Source: Azolla caroliniana
Lineage: Eukaryota > Plantae > Polypodiophyta
DNA: 9,114 nt
NCBI GenBank assembly: GCA_043228905.1
Contig: JBHGNT010001386.1
Coordinates: forward strand, 1 to 9,114
Direction of reading: 5' to 3'
The notes beneath the pieces are model-generated. The model was not told the origin of the DNA and did not search any database. It saw only the letters and a program-made list of their open reading frames with translations. Position numbers and translations under genes: made by a program. Positions 8,265 to 9,114 of this stretch are shown piece by piece; position 1 is the stretch's first letter; each line of letters begins with the position of its first letter.

Positions 8265-8504
8265 CAAGGCGCTCATCTTCTTATTTTTCTTCTTTATCCA
8301 CTTCATAAAGAAATGTCGAGTCATTCTCGACAAATCTTCCGTCGTGAACTCTGCTAATATTTCTTTCTCGAACTCGTACCATGTTGTCTTCCTTCTTGAA
8401 GCTCGATGACCCGCCTTTGCACGTTGTTGGCGACAACTCTCTTGAAACTTGAGATTTGACGTTGTCATGTTGTTATGTGTGCGCGTAGGAAACTAAGGCA
8501 GAAC
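8265..8504 (-). pseudogene. gag: Gag N-terminal fragment of the host element
   Basis: QISSFKRVVANNVQRRVIELQEG (frameshift) KTTWYEFEKEILAEFTTEDLSRMTRHFFMKWIKKKNKKMSALR joins in frame to the gag left of 5310. Confidence 0.8.
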
Positions 8505-8808
8505 TGTAGCGGCCCTGAACTGAGGAGTGAGCGAAAGAAGAGGGAGAAGAGAAGAGAAACGATGGAATGGCAAAAACCGGGGAAATGCAACTCAAGAAGA
8601 ACCAATTACTACAAGTAAGTGATTACAACCCTGTTGAGATTAGAACCGGCGTGCTGGCGATCAATCAAACACACTCACACACACACACCTAGGGATACAC
8701 AATGGGGCCCTGCCGAAAGCACATGGGCTTCCCACGCAAGCGGACGCAAAAAACACCCCGTCCTCCGAAATGCCCATTTTTATAGGCCGCTGAGCGTGGG
8801 CTGTTACA
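8505..8808 (-). mobile_element. LTR, probably the 3' LTR of another element extending beyond the window
   Basis: Minus strand TGTAACAGCCC...GGGCCGCTACA (9/11 terminal inverted repeat) with TATAAAAA at 8777-8784. An upstream purine tract, no flanking TSD and no TGG-type PBS downstream. Alternative start at 8819. Confidence 0.75.
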
Positions 8809-8819
8809 TCCTAGTTACA

Positions 8820-8843
8820 TCACCTTTTATTCTCTGTCCCTTC
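8820..8843 (-). other. Candidate polypurine tract
   Basis: Minus strand GAAGGGACAGAGAATAAAAGGTGA (21 of 24 purines) just upstream of the LTR. Confidence 0.55.
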
Positions 8844-8911
8844 AGATAGAGATACGCCTTGATTTGCTAATCCTATTAATATGTTTATATTTACATCACG
8901 CTGACCTATTC

Positions 8912-9114
8912 TTAAATAAGGTACATTAACTTAAATTGGGCCGGCTCGGACTTCGTTCTCGAAGGTTCGTCTTCATTCTTTCCAAAGTCGGATTTGCTCC
9001 GATCCGACTCGTCTCTACCGGTGGCGTATTCCGGTGTGAACCGTCTCCTCGGTTCCTTGTGTGAGGAGAGCACGATAGACTCTCGACTACTCACTGGCTC
9101 ATCATCGGACTGGT
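8912..9114 (-). CDS. C-terminal end of an ORF running in from beyond the window, probably internal to the right-hand element
   Basis: Frame is open from the window edge (QSDDEPVSSRES...KLMYLI*), S/D/E/R-rich, followed by an AT-rich stretch, the PPT and the LTR. No recognisable domain. Confidence 0.35.
   Translation of the reverse strand, partial: QSDDEPVSSRESIVLSSHKEPRRRFTPEYATGRDESDRSKSDFGKNEDEPSRTKSEPAQFKLMYLI

Larger units (their letters stand above)
2609..8504 (-). mobile_element. Decayed, truncated Ty3/gypsy LTR retrotransposon (host element) interrupted by a nested insertion
   Basis: Minus-strand domain order Gag - CCHC knuckle - aspartic protease - RT with no integrase before RT (gypsy order). 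Many stops and frameshifts. Confidence 0.92.

Noticed and set aside
8505-8808. 5' LTR of the host element, or a solo LTR
   Set aside because: No PBS or leader before gag, flanks (AGAAC, TCCTA) are not a TSD, and a purine tract lies upstream; disfavoured but not fully excluded.

Overview
Eukaryotic, transposon-dense window with no intact cellular gene; most likely a non-seed land plant such as a bryophyte (inference from protein style and PBS type). Left to right: (1) an isolated ~350-bp LTR (201-552) followed by a tRNA-Arg-type PBS; (2) a ~1.2-kb array of ~45-50-bp palindromes in A/T-rich spacers; (3) a decayed minus-strand Ty3/gypsy gag-pol (Gag, CCHC knuckle, DHG-type protease, RT N-terminus, broken at ~2609); (4) nested in that gag, a 2.95-kb element (5310-8259) with two ~496-bp LTRs and a 5-bp TSD, carrying only one decayed ~595-codon coiled-coil ORF with TQT-like motifs; (5) the probable 3' LTR and PPT of another element interrupting the gag N-terminus. 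The most unusual signal: in two separate LTR families here (1 and 4) the TATA box and poly(A)-like signals lie on the strand opposite to the PBS. All alignments and counts were done by eye.
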